Shown: piece after piece, positions 32,049 through 43,576 of the stretch
How positions within the stretch are numbered: position 1 is the first letter of the stretch
Layout of the letters: every line of letters begins with the position of its first letter
Source of the DNA: an uncultured cyanobacterium
GTDB taxonomy: Bacteria; Cyanobacteriota; Cyanobacteriia; Cyanobacteriales; CAWUOF01
DNA length: 64,000 nucleotides
Assembly (NCBI GenBank): GCA_963744145.1
Contig: CAVUSO010000001.1
Span: forward strand, 640,001 to 704,000
Direction: 5' to 3'
Made by a program: the position numbers and the translations under genes
The notes under the pieces: model-generated
The model's database searches: none
Told to the model about the DNA's origin: nothing
What the model saw: only the letters and a program-made list of their open reading frames with translations

Positions 32049-34133
32049 CTATATGGCACTAAACAAAACTACCAAACCCAGAACACCACCAAAGACGATT
32101 AAGGCATAGAATTGGACTCGACCAGTTTCGATGTATTTCAAACCCTCACCACTGAGCAAGGTAACTAATCCAGTCAGGTTAACCGCACCATCGACAATTC
32201 GGTAATCAACTTCCATTACTTGTCGGGCTAAACGACGACTACCCTGAACAAACAGAGCCTCATAGATTTCGTCGAAGTACCATTTGTTCCGGGAGAATTT
32301 ATATAAAACCGGAATTTTGGCAGCGATCGCGGCTGGATCAATCTTCTTACTCCCATACATCAGCACAGCTACAGTAATCCCAATCAAAGCAATTCCGACG
32401 GAACTACCACCCATAATTAGGAATTCTGTCAAATTAAATTCTTCTGCTTTTGCCAATAATTCAACAGCATTTTCACTGGCTGGATGAATAAATTCTTCAA
32501 AATAATTATTGAAGGGCATTCCGACCAAACCAATCAACAAGGAGGGAACTGCCAAAATCATCAAGGGTAAGGTCATGGTTAAAGGAGATTCATGGGGAAC
32601 CTCACTATGATGACCATGGTGATCATGACTGTGGTCTTCCTGAGCTGCTACGCTCAATTCCTGAGCGTGCATCGCTCCTGGACCAAATACTGGTTCTGGT
32701 TCCGCTATTTGACCACTTTCAGCTAGTAATAAGTTGCGGATCTGAGTATCCTGACCTCGAAATTGACCTTCAAAGGTGCTGATGTACATCCGGAACATAT
32801 AAAATGCGGTAATCCCAGCCGTCAGCCAGCCAATGATCCAGAGAGCGGGATTAGCATTAAATACGGAACCTAAGATTTCATCTTTAGACCAGAATCCAGC
32901 AAAAGGAGGTATTCCACAAATCGCTAAGGTGCCAATTAAAAAGGTAAAAGCGGTAATGGGCATATATTTGCGGAGACCACCCATCAGACGCATATCCTGA
33001 GCTAAAATCGGTTCGTGACCAACTACTCCCTCCATCCCATGAATGACTGAACCAGAACAGAGGAAGAGCATCGCTTTGAAGTAAGCATGAGTCATGAGGT
33101 GAAATAATCCAGCCGTATAAGCACCTACTCCCATGGCCATTACCATATATCCTAATTGGGAGATCGTGGAATAGGCTAAACCTTTTTTAATGTCGTTTTG
33201 GGTAATCGCGATCGTTGCTCCCAGAAAAGCCGTAAAAGCACCAGTCCAAGCAATCACATTCATTGCAATGGGGATGTTTTCAAAGACTGGATACATCCGT
33301 GCAATCAGGAAAACTCCTGCTGCTACCATTGTTGCTGCATGGATTAAAGCTGAAATTGGTGTTGGACCTTCCATCGCGTCTGGCAGCCAAACGTGCAAGG
33401 GAAATTGGGCAGATTTAGCTACTGGTCCTAAAAATACTAAAACCGCAAATACCGCAACTAACCCAGCACTAATAGCACCGGATTCTACCAGTTGCTGTAA
33501 GCGATCGCCCATTTCGGTAAATTCAAAGCTACCCGTAGCCCAGTAAATCCCCAGCATCCCCAGCAATAATCCAAAGTCTCCCACCCGGTTGGTCACAAAT
33601 GCTTTTTGACAAGCATCTGCGGCTGATTTCCGGTCATACCAGAACCCGATCAGTAAGTAAGAACACATCCCGACCAGTTCCCAGAAAATATAGACCTGGA
33701 CTAAGTTTGGGCTAATTACTAGACCCAACATCGAGGAGCTAAATAAGCTCAGGTAAGCATAAAAACGCACATACCCAGGATCGTGAGCCATGTAACCATC
33801 GGTGTAGATCATCACCAAAAAGGCTACTGTGGTCACAACTACTAACATCAGGGCGGTCAGATGGTCAACAGTATAGCCCATGGTCAAGTGAAAATTCCCT
33901 GCTGCTGCCCATTCAAACATCTGGGTATAGGGTGGATGTCCATTAACTTGACTCCACAGCAGAGCAAAGGAAAAAGTCATTGCTATCCCCAATAACGTTA
34001 CGACTAATACAGCATTTCCTTGTCGTAAATTATTGGTTGCCTGGTTGTAGGAGATTAGTCCTAATCCAACTAGGAGTGCCCCGACCAATGGTAGCACGGG
34101 AATTAGCCATGCGTACTGATATATAGTTTCCAT
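32049..34133 (-). CDS. ndhF1: NDH-1 subunit 5
   Basis: YQYAWLIP, KSAQFPLHVWLPDAMEGPTP, His-rich loop, PHESP. Confidence 0.96.
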   Translation of the reverse strand: METIYQYAWLIPVLPLVGALLVGLGLISYNQATNNLRQGNAVLVVTLLGIAMTFSFALLWSQVNGHPPYTQMFEWAAAGNFHLTMGYTVDHLTALMLVVVTTVAFLVMIYTDGYMAHDPGYVRFYAYLSLFSSSMLGLVISPNLVQVYIFWELVGMCSYLLIGFWYDRKSAADACQKAFVTNRVGDFGLLLGMLGIYWATGSFEFTEMGDRLQQLVESGAISAGLVAVFAVLVFLGPVAKSAQFPLHVWLPDAMEGPTPISALIHAATMVAAGVFLIARMYPVFENIPIAMNVIAWTGAFTAFLGATIAITQNDIKKGLAYSTISQLGYMVMAMGVGAYTAGLFHLMTHAYFKAMLFLCSGSVIHGMEGVVGHEPILAQDMRLMGGLRKYMPITAFTFLIGTLAICGIPPFAGFWSKDEILGSVFNANPALWIIGWLTAGITAFYMFRMYISTFEGQFRGQDTQIRNLLLAESGQIAEPEPVFGPGAMHAQELSVAAQEDHSHDHHGHHSEVPHESPLTMTLPLMILAVPSLLIGLVGMPFNNYFEEFIHPASENAVELLAKAEEFNLTEFLIMGGSSVGIALIGITVAVLMYGSKKIDPAAIAAKIPVLYKFSRNKWYFDEIYEALFVQGSRRLARQVMEVDYRIVDGAVNLTGLVTLLSGEGLKYIETGRVQFYALIVFGGVLGLVVLFSAI

Positions 34134-34325
34134 TAGTTACGCCTAATTTATCTAACTTTTTTGGCAAAACCGTTTACATTCTGACATATACTTTGGGTAA
34201 AAATAGATCCCGTGCTGATTTCCCTGTTTTCTTGAGTCAACTTAAAACTGCAATTTACCCTTTTGATCGGGTTAATTGCTTCGTTTATCAGTGAGATTAT
34301 GGTTGGTGCCTTTCCTGATCTAAAT

Positions 34326-34451
34326 TAGACAAGAAAGCAAAAGTCCTTATTGATCTATGTTATTGACAGGCAAGATGCCTGTCCCACAAAAGTTATTGAT
34401 TCTGGTGGGACAGGCATCTTGCCTGTCCTATTTATTTTTGCAAGAGGTCTA
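34326..34451. mobile_element. ~126-bp MITE-like element containing an inverted REP-like pair (copy A)
   Basis: TAGACAAGAAAG...GACAGGCAAGATGCCTGTCCCAC-17nt-GTGGGACAGGCATCTTGCCTGTC...GTCTA; second copy at 47417. Confidence 0.8.
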
Positions 34452-34658
34452 TTAATTTAGAATAATCAACAGCAATATTTTTCTCAAATAGAAAATCTTC
34501 CGAAAAACCTGGACTAAATCAACGGATCGGCAACTAATTTTGTTTTTTTCAATTGAGGGGAAAATCAGGGAAAACTAACTTAATGCTGATTCTTCCTGGT
34601 TTTCCCACTCTCTATTTTTCTTGTTTGACGCTTGAGTATTAGTCCCAGGTCAGAATGG

Positions 34659-35021
34659 TTATTTACTACCAACCATTTGTTTCTGGTTAGTAATTACTTG
34701 TTCTGCGATCGCGGTGATGATTGCTTTTTGCAAATCGTCCCGTCTTTGCAATCCTTCAATCCGATGCAACACCTTACCACCAGCAAAGATAATGAGAGTA
34801 GGTAGGGTAGTTAATCGATAGGTAGTAGCTAGTTTTAAACTTTCATCAGCATTAATTTTCACTACTTTGAGCCGATCTGCCTGATCTATTTCTAGTCGGG
34901 TTAACAGGGGGTTAATTATCCGACATAGCCCACACCAAGGTGCCCAAAAATGGGCGATTACGGGGGTTGGGGCTTCTAAAACTTCTTTTGTAAAAGTGCG
35001 TTCGGTTACAGACAACACCAT
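34659..35021 (-). CDS. trxC: Atypical cyanobacterial thioredoxin, TrxC type
   Basis: WCGLC active-site motif; start moved to ATG 35021 (MVLSVTERTF). Confidence 0.85.
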   Translation of the reverse strand: MVLSVTERTFTKEVLEAPTPVIAHFWAPWCGLCRIINPLLTRLEIDQADRLKVVKINADESLKLATTYRLTTLPTLIIFAGGKVLHRIEGLQRRDDLQKAIITAIAEQVITNQKQMVGSK

Positions 35022-35134
35022 TGTCCCTCTGGATTGATAACCTTTTGGATATCCAATTGGGATCATGCTACACCGATTTGGGATCAAATAAACACATAAT
35101 TTTGAGATTTCATCAACAATTTATTTCCTGTTCC

Positions 35135-35849
35135 TTACCAACCAACTTGGGCAGTTGCAACGATTAAGAGTGGGTGAGACCACCATAACAGCCCGACAAA
35201 AATAGCTACACCCAAATAAGCTGGGCGCATAAATTCTTGCCATCTAAAAGTTTGTCGTCCTTGGAGAATAGCTAGAAACGGTATAATCGAAGTCCGAGCT
35301 TTAACCGCTAAAAATTCTTCCCCATAACGAGATTCTAGACGGCGATCGCCATGCCAAACTCCAAATAAATGGTGTAAAATTAGGCCAAGAGAAGTAACTA
35401 GAGTAAAAGTTGTCCCTAACCAAAGAGTATGGGCTATACACCAGAGCAGTTGACCAACCATCTGGGGATGACGACAAATCCGAATAATACCCGTTTCATA
35501 GAGATGGACTTGGGGTTTTTGGACCGCAGCAATTTCCAGCAGGTTAAAAGTAGCTGGGTAAAGAAATAAAAAAGAAATTGCGGAGATAATCCAGACTAAA
35601 GATTGTACTCCCGGAAGATTCTTGGACTTGCCAAAGTTGCTCACCGTCATAACGATGATTAAAAAAATAAATGATTAAGACAGTAGCTAGGGGAATACTT
35701 ACGAGGGCAAAGAAAATTCGATACAGTCTTGGGCCGACTTTGGCTTCGCTCCAGGGACGCAATGCGGCTAACCCACTATGAGCGATCGCAAAACTTAACA
35801 ATAGACCTAGCATGACGAAATGACTAGGAGTCAGATGGGTGAATGACAT
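35135..35849 (-). CDS. NnrU-family protein / 15-cis-zeta-carotene isomerase homolog; +1 frameshift near 35621
   Basis: FAIAHSGLAALR, YRIFFALVS, FFNHRYDG / YPATFNLLE, TGIIRICRHPQ, GVWHGDRRL; repaired junction QVQNLPGV. Confidence 0.88.
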
Positions 35850-36084
35850 ATCAGCTCGACAACGAAATTAGCTTGCATTAACTTTTTGTTTCCAGAAAAG
35901 ATCGAATCAACATACTTATTGCACAAAGTTTCGGTAGACTTTTCTTGAAAATCCATTTCATAAGTAAAGTAAATATTAATACCACTTTTACCCCAAAGTG
36001 TGAGCAACAAGTCTGTCACCCTCCCTGAGCTGTGACTGAGGGGACAATAACTCTGATCATGCTATTTTCTTTTGGTTTAGCAGT

Positions 36085-37092
36085 ATGTCTGACCTTCCTT
36101 TCACTTTAGATCAGTTACGCATCCTCAAAGCGATCGCTGCGGAGGGGAGTTTTAAGCGGGCCGCCGACAGCTTATATGTGTCCCAACCAGCAGTGAGTTT
36201 ACAGGTTCAAAACCTGGAAAGACAGTTAGATGTACCATTATTTGATCGCGGGGGACGTCGAGCGCAATTAACTGAAGCCGGACATTTATTACTCAATTAT
36301 GGTGAAAAAATTCTGACCCTTTGTCAAGAAACTTGTCGAGCGATCGAAGATTTGCAAAATATCCAAGGTGGGACATTAATTGTCGGTGCTTCTCAAACTA
36401 CGGGTACTTATTTATTACCACGGTTAATTGGCTTATTTCGCCAGCGTTATCCAGATGTATCCGTCCAGTTACATGTTCATTCGACCCGTCGGACAGCTTG
36501 GAGTGTGGCTAATGGTCAAATTGACCTAGCGATTATTGGTGGGGAAGTACCCTCAGAATTGCAAGATTCCTTAGAAATAATTCCTTATGCAGAAGATGAA
36601 CTGGCATTATTGTTACCAATTCTTCACCCTTTAGCGAAAACTGATACGATCCAAAAAGAGGATTTGTATAAGCTGCAATTTATCGCCCTAGACTCCCAAT
36701 CGACGATTCGCAAAGTGATTGACCAAGTTCTATCTCGGTCAGGAATTGATCCACGTCGGCTCAAAGTCGAGATGGAGCTTAATTCGATTGAAGCAATTAA
36801 AAATGCGGTTCAATCTGGATTAGGAGCAGCTTTTGTTTCGATTTCTGCGATCGAAAAAGAGTTGCAAATGGGGATCATCCATCGGGCCAAAATTGACGAA
36901 GTAGTAGTGAAACGAATGTTATCAGTCATCATCAATCCCAATCGTTATCGCTCGAAAGCAGCAGAAGCGTTTAATCGAGAAATTTTACCGTTATTTGCCA
37001 CTCAGAACTATCAAAATTCCGAAAGTACATCAGAGCAATCTGAGTTAGTCACTTTACATCCGGTTGTTGCTAATCCTGCGGAAATTGATTAA
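36085..37092 (+). CDS. rbcR: LysR-family regulator RbcR/Ycf30
   Basis: [49 protein letters not shown]. Confidence 0.9.
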   Translation: MSDLPFTLDQLRILKAIAAEGSFKRAADSLYVSQPAVSLQVQNLERQLDVPLFDRGGRRAQLTEAGHLLLNYGEKILTLCQETCRAIEDLQNIQGGTLIVGASQTTGTYLLPRLIGLFRQRYPDVSVQLHVHSTRRTAWSVANGQIDLAIIGGEVPSELQDSLEIIPYAEDELALLLPILHPLAKTDTIQKEDLYKLQFIALDSQSTIRKVIDQVLSRSGIDPRRLKVEMELNSIEAIKNAVQSGLGAAFVSISAIEKELQMGIIHRAKIDEVVVKRMLSVIINPNRYRSKAAEAFNREILPLFATQNYQNSESTSEQSELVTLHPVVANPAEID

Positions 37093-37100
37093 TAAATTTT

Positions 37101-38471
37101 ATGGATGTTTACTGCACTCGTCCAGGTTGTCCAAAACCTGTTAATACCTTTGTTGATCTTGATGACAGCACCATTCTCAAGACGGTGCAGCAGAAATATT
37201 GTATCACCTGCGGGATGCCACTGATTTTAATTGGTCGTTATTTAACGATCCGACTGTTGGGACAGGGGGGATTTGGCGCTGCTTATCTAGCTCGCGATCG
37301 CTATACACCAGCCATGCGTTCCTGTGTGGTAAAAGTATTTCAACCTGCGGGTGATCTAACTCCTGATCAATTAGCGATCGCGCAAAATTTATTTGAAAGA
37401 GAAGCGACAGTTTTAGAAGAGTTGGGCAATAAAAGCTCGCAAATTCCTAATTTATTAGCTTTTTTTCCCTTAGAAGTTCCCAGTATGACTCCGGGAAAAT
37501 TAGAACAGTTTTTTTATTTAGTTCAGGAATTTATTGATGGTCAAACTTTAGAAGAAGAATTGACGAGCAAGGGCAAATTTTCGGAAGCGGAAGTTTTAGT
37601 AATGCTGAGGGAAATTCTCAATGTGCTGGAATTTGTCCACCAAAATGGTGTCATTCACCGAGATATCAAACTTTCTAATATTATGCGCGATCGGCATGGG
37701 CATTTTTATTTGTTAGATTTTGGTGCAGTCAAACAAGTAACTAAAGCTCCAGCAGTGGGGGGAAATCAAAGGTCAACTGGTATTTATTCCATGGGATTTG
37801 CACCTCCGGAACAAATGTCTGGTGGTCAAGTTTATCCTTCTACAGATTTATATGCTTTAGCGGTTACTTGTATTTGTTTACTGACTGGTAAAGAACCCAA
37901 GGAATTATTTGATTCCTATACTAATCAATGGAATTGGCGATCGCACATTCCTGGAGTGAGTGAGCAATTAGCCCAAGTGCTTGACAAAATGTTATTAAGT
38001 ACCCCCAGTCAACGCTTTGATTCTGCTGCTCAAGTACGAGATCAGCTTTTTTCTCCTGTTCCACTTATTAAACCTAATCCTTTACCTGCAACTATTGTAC
38101 AGAATGTGGCTGCTACTCCCCCAGTTTTTTCCCTGGTTAAGTTGTTAAGTGGAGCAGCATTTGTGGGTTTTGAGGGTGGTTTACTGTTTATTGCTTTGGG
38201 AAGTATATTACAATCACCTCTCATCAGTATGGGGATTTTGGGATTAGTTTTAGGTGGATTGATCTTTGCTCAATCTCGTCGGGTGATCAAAGGTAAAGAT
38301 TTACCAATAATTGCCGGAATTACTTTGGCAATTATTGTTTTTTGTCCACCTTTGCACAGTGGGTTTGAGTTAGTCTATGTGATCATTATAGCAGTTTTAG
38401 CTGGATTAGGAGCGATCGCGATTACCGCACTATTTCGATTGATTTACAATTTTCTTTCTAATATTATTTAA
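37101..38471 (+). CDS. Membrane Ser/Thr protein kinase with N-terminal 4-Cys motif
   Basis: CTRPGC...CITCG; LGQGGFG, HRDIK, DFG, APPEQ; C-terminal TM helices. Confidence 0.93.
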   Translation: MDVYCTRPGCPKPVNTFVDLDDSTILKTVQQKYCITCGMPLILIGRYLTIRLLGQGGFGAAYLARDRYTPAMRSCVVKVFQPAGDLTPDQLAIAQNLFEREATVLEELGNKSSQIPNLLAFFPLEVPSMTPGKLEQFFYLVQEFIDGQTLEEELTSKGKFSEAEVLVMLREILNVLEFVHQNGVIHRDIKLSNIMRDRHGHFYLLDFGAVKQVTKAPAVGGNQRSTGIYSMGFAPPEQMSGGQVYPSTDLYALAVTCICLLTGKEPKELFDSYTNQWNWRSHIPGVSEQLAQVLDKMLLSTPSQRFDSAAQVRDQLFSPVPLIKPNPLPATIVQNVAATPPVFSLVKLLSGAAFVGFEGGLLFIALGSILQSPLISMGILGLVLGGLIFAQSRRVIKGKDLPIIAGITLAIIVFCPPLHSGFELVYVIIIAVLAGLGAIAITALFRLIYNFLSNII

Positions 38472-38551
38472 GCCCACCAATACTCCATCAACTGGACAAG
38501 GGCTGATTGAAAAAGCTAGTTTTGTCAAAATCCGTTAATCTAATTAAATTT

Positions 38552-39577
38552 ATGTCACAAAAAAAAGAAACTATTGTTTTAGGTTTGACGATTTTAATCA
38601 CAACTATCTTAGTTGGTAGTGGTGGGTGGTGGTTGATGAATCGTTCTGGTGTTAATCTCAATCAGAAATTAAGCAATAGCCAAAAAACAGCTAATATCGA
38701 AAGTTTTGCGAAAGTACCTGATATACCATCGGGATTATTTAGTTATGGGGGTAGTACCACTTCGGCCCCAATTCGGCGCGATATAGACCCGATCATTCAA
38801 GATGTTTGGCCCAATTTTAAATTGCGTTATACTGCACCGATTACAGATATTCCAGGTTCAGGGACTGGGATTAAAATGTTATTAGATAATCAGCTAACTT
38901 TTTCCCAGTCTTCTCGGAGTATTAACCAGGAGGAATACCAAGCAGCTAAACAAAAGGGATTTACTCTGAAAGAAATTGCGATCGCGATTGATGGGATTGT
39001 CTTAGTTGTTAATCCTCAGTTAAATATTCCTGGTTTAACCTTAGCCCAGATTAAGGATATTTATACTGGCAAAATTACTAACTGGAATGAATTAGGCGGT
39101 CCCAACCAAATTATTATTCCTTATACTCGTAGTATCGAAGGATCAGGGACAAGCGCGTTTTTTGCAGAAAATGTTTTAGGAAATGAAAAATTTGGGAATA
39201 ACGTGGAGTTAGTTTCCCGAACCACTGAAGCTTTGACAAAGGTGGGAGAAAATTTAGGTGGAATCTATTATGCTTCTGCTCCGGAAGTTGTGACCCAATG
39301 TAGTGTTAAACCTTTACCAGTTGGTCGTAAACTGGAGGAAATGGTTGCTCCTTATCAAAAACCGTTAATTCTACCGGATCAATGTCCTCATCAAACCAAT
39401 AAAATTAATCAAGAGGTATTTCAAAATGGCAATTATCCTCTGACGCGACGGTTATTTGTCATTGTTAAGGAAAATGGTCAAATTGACCAGCTAGCTGGAG
39501 AAAGCTATGGGAAACTAATGTTGACAACCCAGGGACAAGAGCTAGTTGAAAAAGCTGGTTTTGTCAGAATACGTTAA
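38552..39577 (+). CDS. PstS-like periplasmic substrate-binding protein
   Basis: YGGSTT, GSGTGIKML, QSSR, AIDGI, YPLTRRLFVI; N-terminal TM. Confidence 0.85.
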   Translation: MSQKKETIVLGLTILITTILVGSGGWWLMNRSGVNLNQKLSNSQKTANIESFAKVPDIPSGLFSYGGSTTSAPIRRDIDPIIQDVWPNFKLRYTAPITDIPGSGTGIKMLLDNQLTFSQSSRSINQEEYQAAKQKGFTLKEIAIAIDGIVLVVNPQLNIPGLTLAQIKDIYTGKITNWNELGGPNQIIIPYTRSIEGSGTSAFFAENVLGNEKFGNNVELVSRTTEALTKVGENLGGIYYASAPEVVTQCSVKPLPVGRKLEEMVAPYQKPLILPDQCPHQTNKINQEVFQNGNYPLTRRLFVIVKENGQIDQLAGESYGKLMLTTQGQELVEKAGFVRIR

Positions 39578-40105
39578 TAAATTGATCAATTAAAGTTTAA
39601 CTGATGGCAGTAGGTACTTATCTGGGGAAAATCTAGCCAATCTTGCTAGATCAATAGATCCGAGAGCCGAAAATGTGGTACAATATAATTTTTTTAAAAT
39701 CTGAGATTTACCCAAATATCAGATCAGATCAAAACTTTTGTCATCAAGCTCAATTTTTACTTCTGGTTTTTATCTGTGATAAATGTATGCAAATTAGGAT
39801 AGTCTAGACTAGGTAATAATAAAAATTGTTAACAAATAGGGGAATTCTTCCAATTCTTGAGGGAAAATAGAATTGATAGTTGAACCGCGACCGTCAAAAT
39901 GCCTAGATTGATTACAGTTAAAGGAGGAATCGCGAGCAATTAAAGATTAATATGTTAGTTATTTGGGTATATAGTAAAAAAAGGTTTTAATTTTGACGTA
40001 AGTAGTGTTCCCAGAAAAATCATAAATATGGCAAAAGGTTAGTAGGGTAGCGTGAGGTTAGAGCTACCAAAATTTGTAATAATCATTTTCAAGAGCTGTA
40101 AATGA

Positions 40106-43100
40106 ATGAACCCAAATACATATCCAAATAAAATAGTATTAAATTTGACTTGGCCAACTTTATCTACTTTGCTACAAACCATCCAAATTGCACTGAACTC
40201 AAGTGGGTGGTTACGGGCAATCTTAGTAGTGGGGGAAAATTTGGAATTGTGCCAGAGTTTAGCACAAATCTGGGAAGAAGCGGCCAAAAAAATCCTGACT
40301 CAACTAGAAGTAAGTCACCCAGAGCGACGGTTGATCGGATTAAATCCGTTAGAACCAGAAGCGACCTTATTGCATGGCCAAAAACCAACCGTGATTACTA
40401 TTAATGGGATATCAGCCAGTTTAGTAGCGATCAGTTCTCGGTTTAATATATGGATAAGTTTAGATCCAGATTTAAAAAATACAAAAATTAATTATCAACC
40501 AGAGCATCGGGCCGAAAACTGGACGGAAGCATTTTGTGCTTGGCCATTAAATGTATCTTTAATATTTGATCCAATTACGATCGCGGATTTACTAAAAATT
40601 CCTCAAGTTTCTTCTGCTTTACCTTACTGTTGCGACCTAGAAGCATCAGAGTTGCGAAATGATGATCGGATTTTACGTCAATTTTGGCTACAATTAATGC
40701 AGCTGATTCAATTTGATGCAGCGCAGGAGATCATCCCTGCGAGTCCAAGTACCTCGATCGCCAAACCAGAGCTGTTAGAAACGAAAAATCAGCATTCCCA
40801 TTTATCTTCATCAATTGCCGAAGATCATCTCCTCCAAGCATCACCAATTGGGATCATCTATGAAGGATTAGATGGCAGTATTCTCAGAGCAAATCGAGTT
40901 TTTTGTCAGATGATTGGCTATACTGAAAGCCAACTACGGCATTTAGATTGTCGAGCCATTTCCCATCCAGAGGACTTTGTTACTGATCTGAGAATCATCC
41001 AACAGATGCTTGATGGTGGCATAACTCAACAAACTAGACGTAAACGCTACATTTGCCGGAATGGTTCCCAGGTTTGGACAGAAGTAACCATGTCATTAGT
41101 CGGAGAAAGTGCCGCTGAAGATAGTTGTTATTTATTAACATTTGTGCGAGATATTAGTCTCACCACAACCGTAGAGCAGGAAATTCAAGATCGTCGAGCG
41201 CGAGAAGAACTGCTCAAAGAAATCGTCGTGAAAATACGTGCTACCAATGATTTACCGACGATCCTCCGGATCGCAGTAAATCGACTGAGAAAAGCTCTCA
41301 ATACCCATCGAGTGTTAGCATATCAATTTAATCCTGACTATAGCGGCGCTTGTGTGGCTGAAGATGTGGATATTAGTTATCAGTCCATGATGGGACAAGC
41401 ATTTTCCTCAGAATGTATTCCACCACCATATATAGAAGCTTATCGTCGGGGACGGTTGTGGAGTGTAGCCGATACTCATGTTTTATCCCTGGCTTCCTGT
41501 CATAAAGAAATGCTCGATCTAATCAATGTACGGAGCATGATTGCGGTGGCAATTCAATATGCTGAGGAAGGTACGGATTTAGGAACAGGAAAGTTATGGG
41601 GTTTGTTAGTAATACATCATTGTCAAACTCCGAGAGCTTGGACAGAAGATGAAAAACAATTGGTGGGTACGGTAGCAAATCAAATGGCGATCGCGATTGC
41701 CCAAGCTACATTAGTAAAACGATTACAAGCTTATACTCAAGATTTAGAAAATTCTGTCAAAGAACGGACTTGTTCATTAGAGCGATCGCTAAAATTTGAA
41801 CAATTAATCCGAAGTTTAACAGAAACTCTTGCCCTCACCCAAGATGAAGATTTAGTGGTAAAAGCTACCGTAGAAGGGTTAGTCCAAACCCTGTTAGTTG
41901 ATGGTTGTTATGCGGGATTTTTTAATGCTCAGAAAAAGATTTTTGAAGTTACCCATGAATATGGCTTAGGGATGATTGGTTTATCTCTAATTGGTCAACC
42001 ATTTCCCTTTCCTAATTATCCTGAGCAATGTTTTCATACTCTCCAATCTGGGGAGATTTATCTCCAAACAGAAACCTCCGTGGGAGAATGGGAAAAAAGC
42101 GAGAATATCCAGACTAAAGAAGGGATCGCAATGAGGCAAAATGGTCATCATGGATCATTAACCTTTCCCTCACCAGCACTACTGAAGTCTGGTTTATCAG
42201 TACGTTCTCACCCTAGCAACAGGGATCTAGGACAAAACTCAGTTTTAATTTGTCCAATTTTCGATAATCAAGAATTAATGGGAGCGATATGTATATTTCA
42301 AAATCAGCCCCGACAATTTGATCCCAATGAAGTCAAACTACTCAAACAAGTAGCAAATCAATGTGCGATCGCGATTCGTCAATCGCGTCTTTATCAACAA
42401 GAACATTCTGCTCGTCTGAGTGCCGAATATTTTCGTTCATTTTTGGAACAATCTAACGATATTTTTGTCGAATATGACTCCCATTTGCGTTATTTATCAA
42501 TTAATCTTGCTGGTGCAGAAATTTTAGGAAAACTCCCAGCAGAAGTAATTGGGAAAACCAATCGAGAGCTATTAGGACATAATGCTGATGTGATTGAACC
42601 CTTAATTCGTCAAGCTTTTAATACTGGTGAAAAAGTTTTTGCCAATCACGAAATTAATTTACCAATGGGAACTAAAACTTTTGAAGTTGTTTACACCCCA
42701 ATTAAAACATCTAACGGCAATATTCAGCGTGTAATTGGAGTAGGTCGAGACGTAACTGAAATTAGAAAACAATGGCAACTTTTACAAGCTCAAAATTATC
42801 AATTGGCAGAACTTAACCGACTGAAAGAGGAATTTATTGCTACTACCAGTCATGAATTACGCACTCCTTTAACAGCGATTCTAGGGTTTTCCAGTGTTTT
42901 AATTGAACAAACATTTGGTCCACTCAATCAGAAACAAAAAGATTATATAGAACGCATTCATACTAGCGGTGAACATTTATTAGAATTAATTAATGATATT
43001 CTCGATTTATCTCGAATAGAAGCAGATCGGTTAGAATTAGAACCACAACTAATTTTTATTAGTGATATTTGTGAAAGTGTGATTAGTTTATTACAAGAAC

Positions 43101-43576
43101 GAGCAGTAAATCAAGGTTTGACGCTTCAGCTTGATGTCGAGCCAGATTTGGAATATATCGTCGCTGATCCCAGAAGATTGAAGCAAATGTTGTTAAATTT
43201 ATTAACTAATGCAGTTAAGTTTACTCAAGAAGGAACCGTAGGATTAAAAATATATTGTTCTCATAACAGTACAATTTTGAATTTTCAAGTTTGGGATACG
43301 GGAATCGGTATTAATGAAGCTGATCAACAGCGTCTTTTTGCACCTTTCTCCCAAATTGATTCATCTTTATCGCGCAAATATCAAGGAACTGGATTAGGAT
43401 TAGCCATTACTCGCAAATTAGCTGAACTTCATGGTGGTTCTATTAGTTTAGACTCTTGCCCAGGTAAAGGTTCCAGTTTTACTATTTCTTTACCTTTGCA
43501 TCGCAGTTCCCTGATGTCAATGAATCTAAACAATCAGTACGAATGGCAACGTTTTTCCGAATTTAAAAATGAATAG
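40106..43576 (+). CDS. PAS-GAF-GAF-PAS sensor histidine kinase; first GAF is cyanobacteriochrome-like
   Basis: HPED PAS; GAF with CH motif and LWGLLVIHHC..PRAW; SHELRTPL H-box; NLLTNAVKF, DTGIGI, GTGLGL. Confidence 0.92.
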   Translation: MNPNTYPNKIVLNLTWPTLSTLLQTIQIALNSSGWLRAILVVGENLELCQSLAQIWEEAAKKILTQLEVSHPERRLIGLNPLEPEATLLHGQKPTVITINGISASLVAISSRFNIWISLDPDLKNTKINYQPEHRAENWTEAFCAWPLNVSLIFDPITIADLLKIPQVSSALPYCCDLEASELRNDDRILRQFWLQLMQLIQFDAAQEIIPASPSTSIAKPELLETKNQHSHLSSSIAEDHLLQASPIGIIYEGLDGSILRANRVFCQMIGYTESQLRHLDCRAISHPEDFVTDLRIIQQMLDGGITQQTRRKRYICRNGSQVWTEVTMSLVGESAAEDSCYLLTFVRDISLTTTVEQEIQDRRAREELLKEIVVKIRATNDLPTILRIAVNRLRKALNTHRVLAYQFNPDYSGACVAEDVDISYQSMMGQAFSSECIPPPYIEAYRRGRLWSVADTHVLSLASCHKEMLDLINVRSMIAVAIQYAEEGTDLGTGKLWGLLVIHHCQTPRAWTEDEKQLVGTVANQMAIAIAQATLVKRLQAYTQDLENSVKERTCSLERSLKFEQLIRSLTETLALTQDEDLVVKATVEGLVQTLLVDGCYAGFFNAQKKIFEVTHEYGLGMIGLSLIGQPFPFPNYPEQCFHTLQSGEIYLQTETSVGEWEKSENIQTKEGIAMRQNGHHGSLTFPSPALLKSGLSVRSHPSNRDLGQNSVLICPIFDNQELMGAICIFQNQPRQFDPNEVKLLKQVANQCAIAIRQSRLYQQEHSARLSAEYFRSFLEQSNDIFVEYDSHLRYLSINLAGAEILGKLPAEVIGKTNRELLGHNADVIEPLIRQAFNTGEKVFANHEINLPMGTKTFEVVYTPIKTSNGNIQRVIGVGRDVTEIRKQWQLLQAQNYQLAELNRLKEEFIATTSHELRTPLTAILGFSSVLIEQTFGPLNQKQKDYIERIHTSGEHLLELINDILDLSRIEADRLELEPQLIFISDICESVISLLQERAVNQGLTLQLDVEPDLEYIVADPRRLKQMLLNLLTNAVKFTQEGTVGLKIYCSHNSTILNFQVWDTGIGINEADQQRLFAPFSQIDSSLSRKYQGTGLGLAITRKLAELHGGSISLDSCPGKGSSFTISLPLHRSSLMSMNLNNQYEWQRFSEFKNE

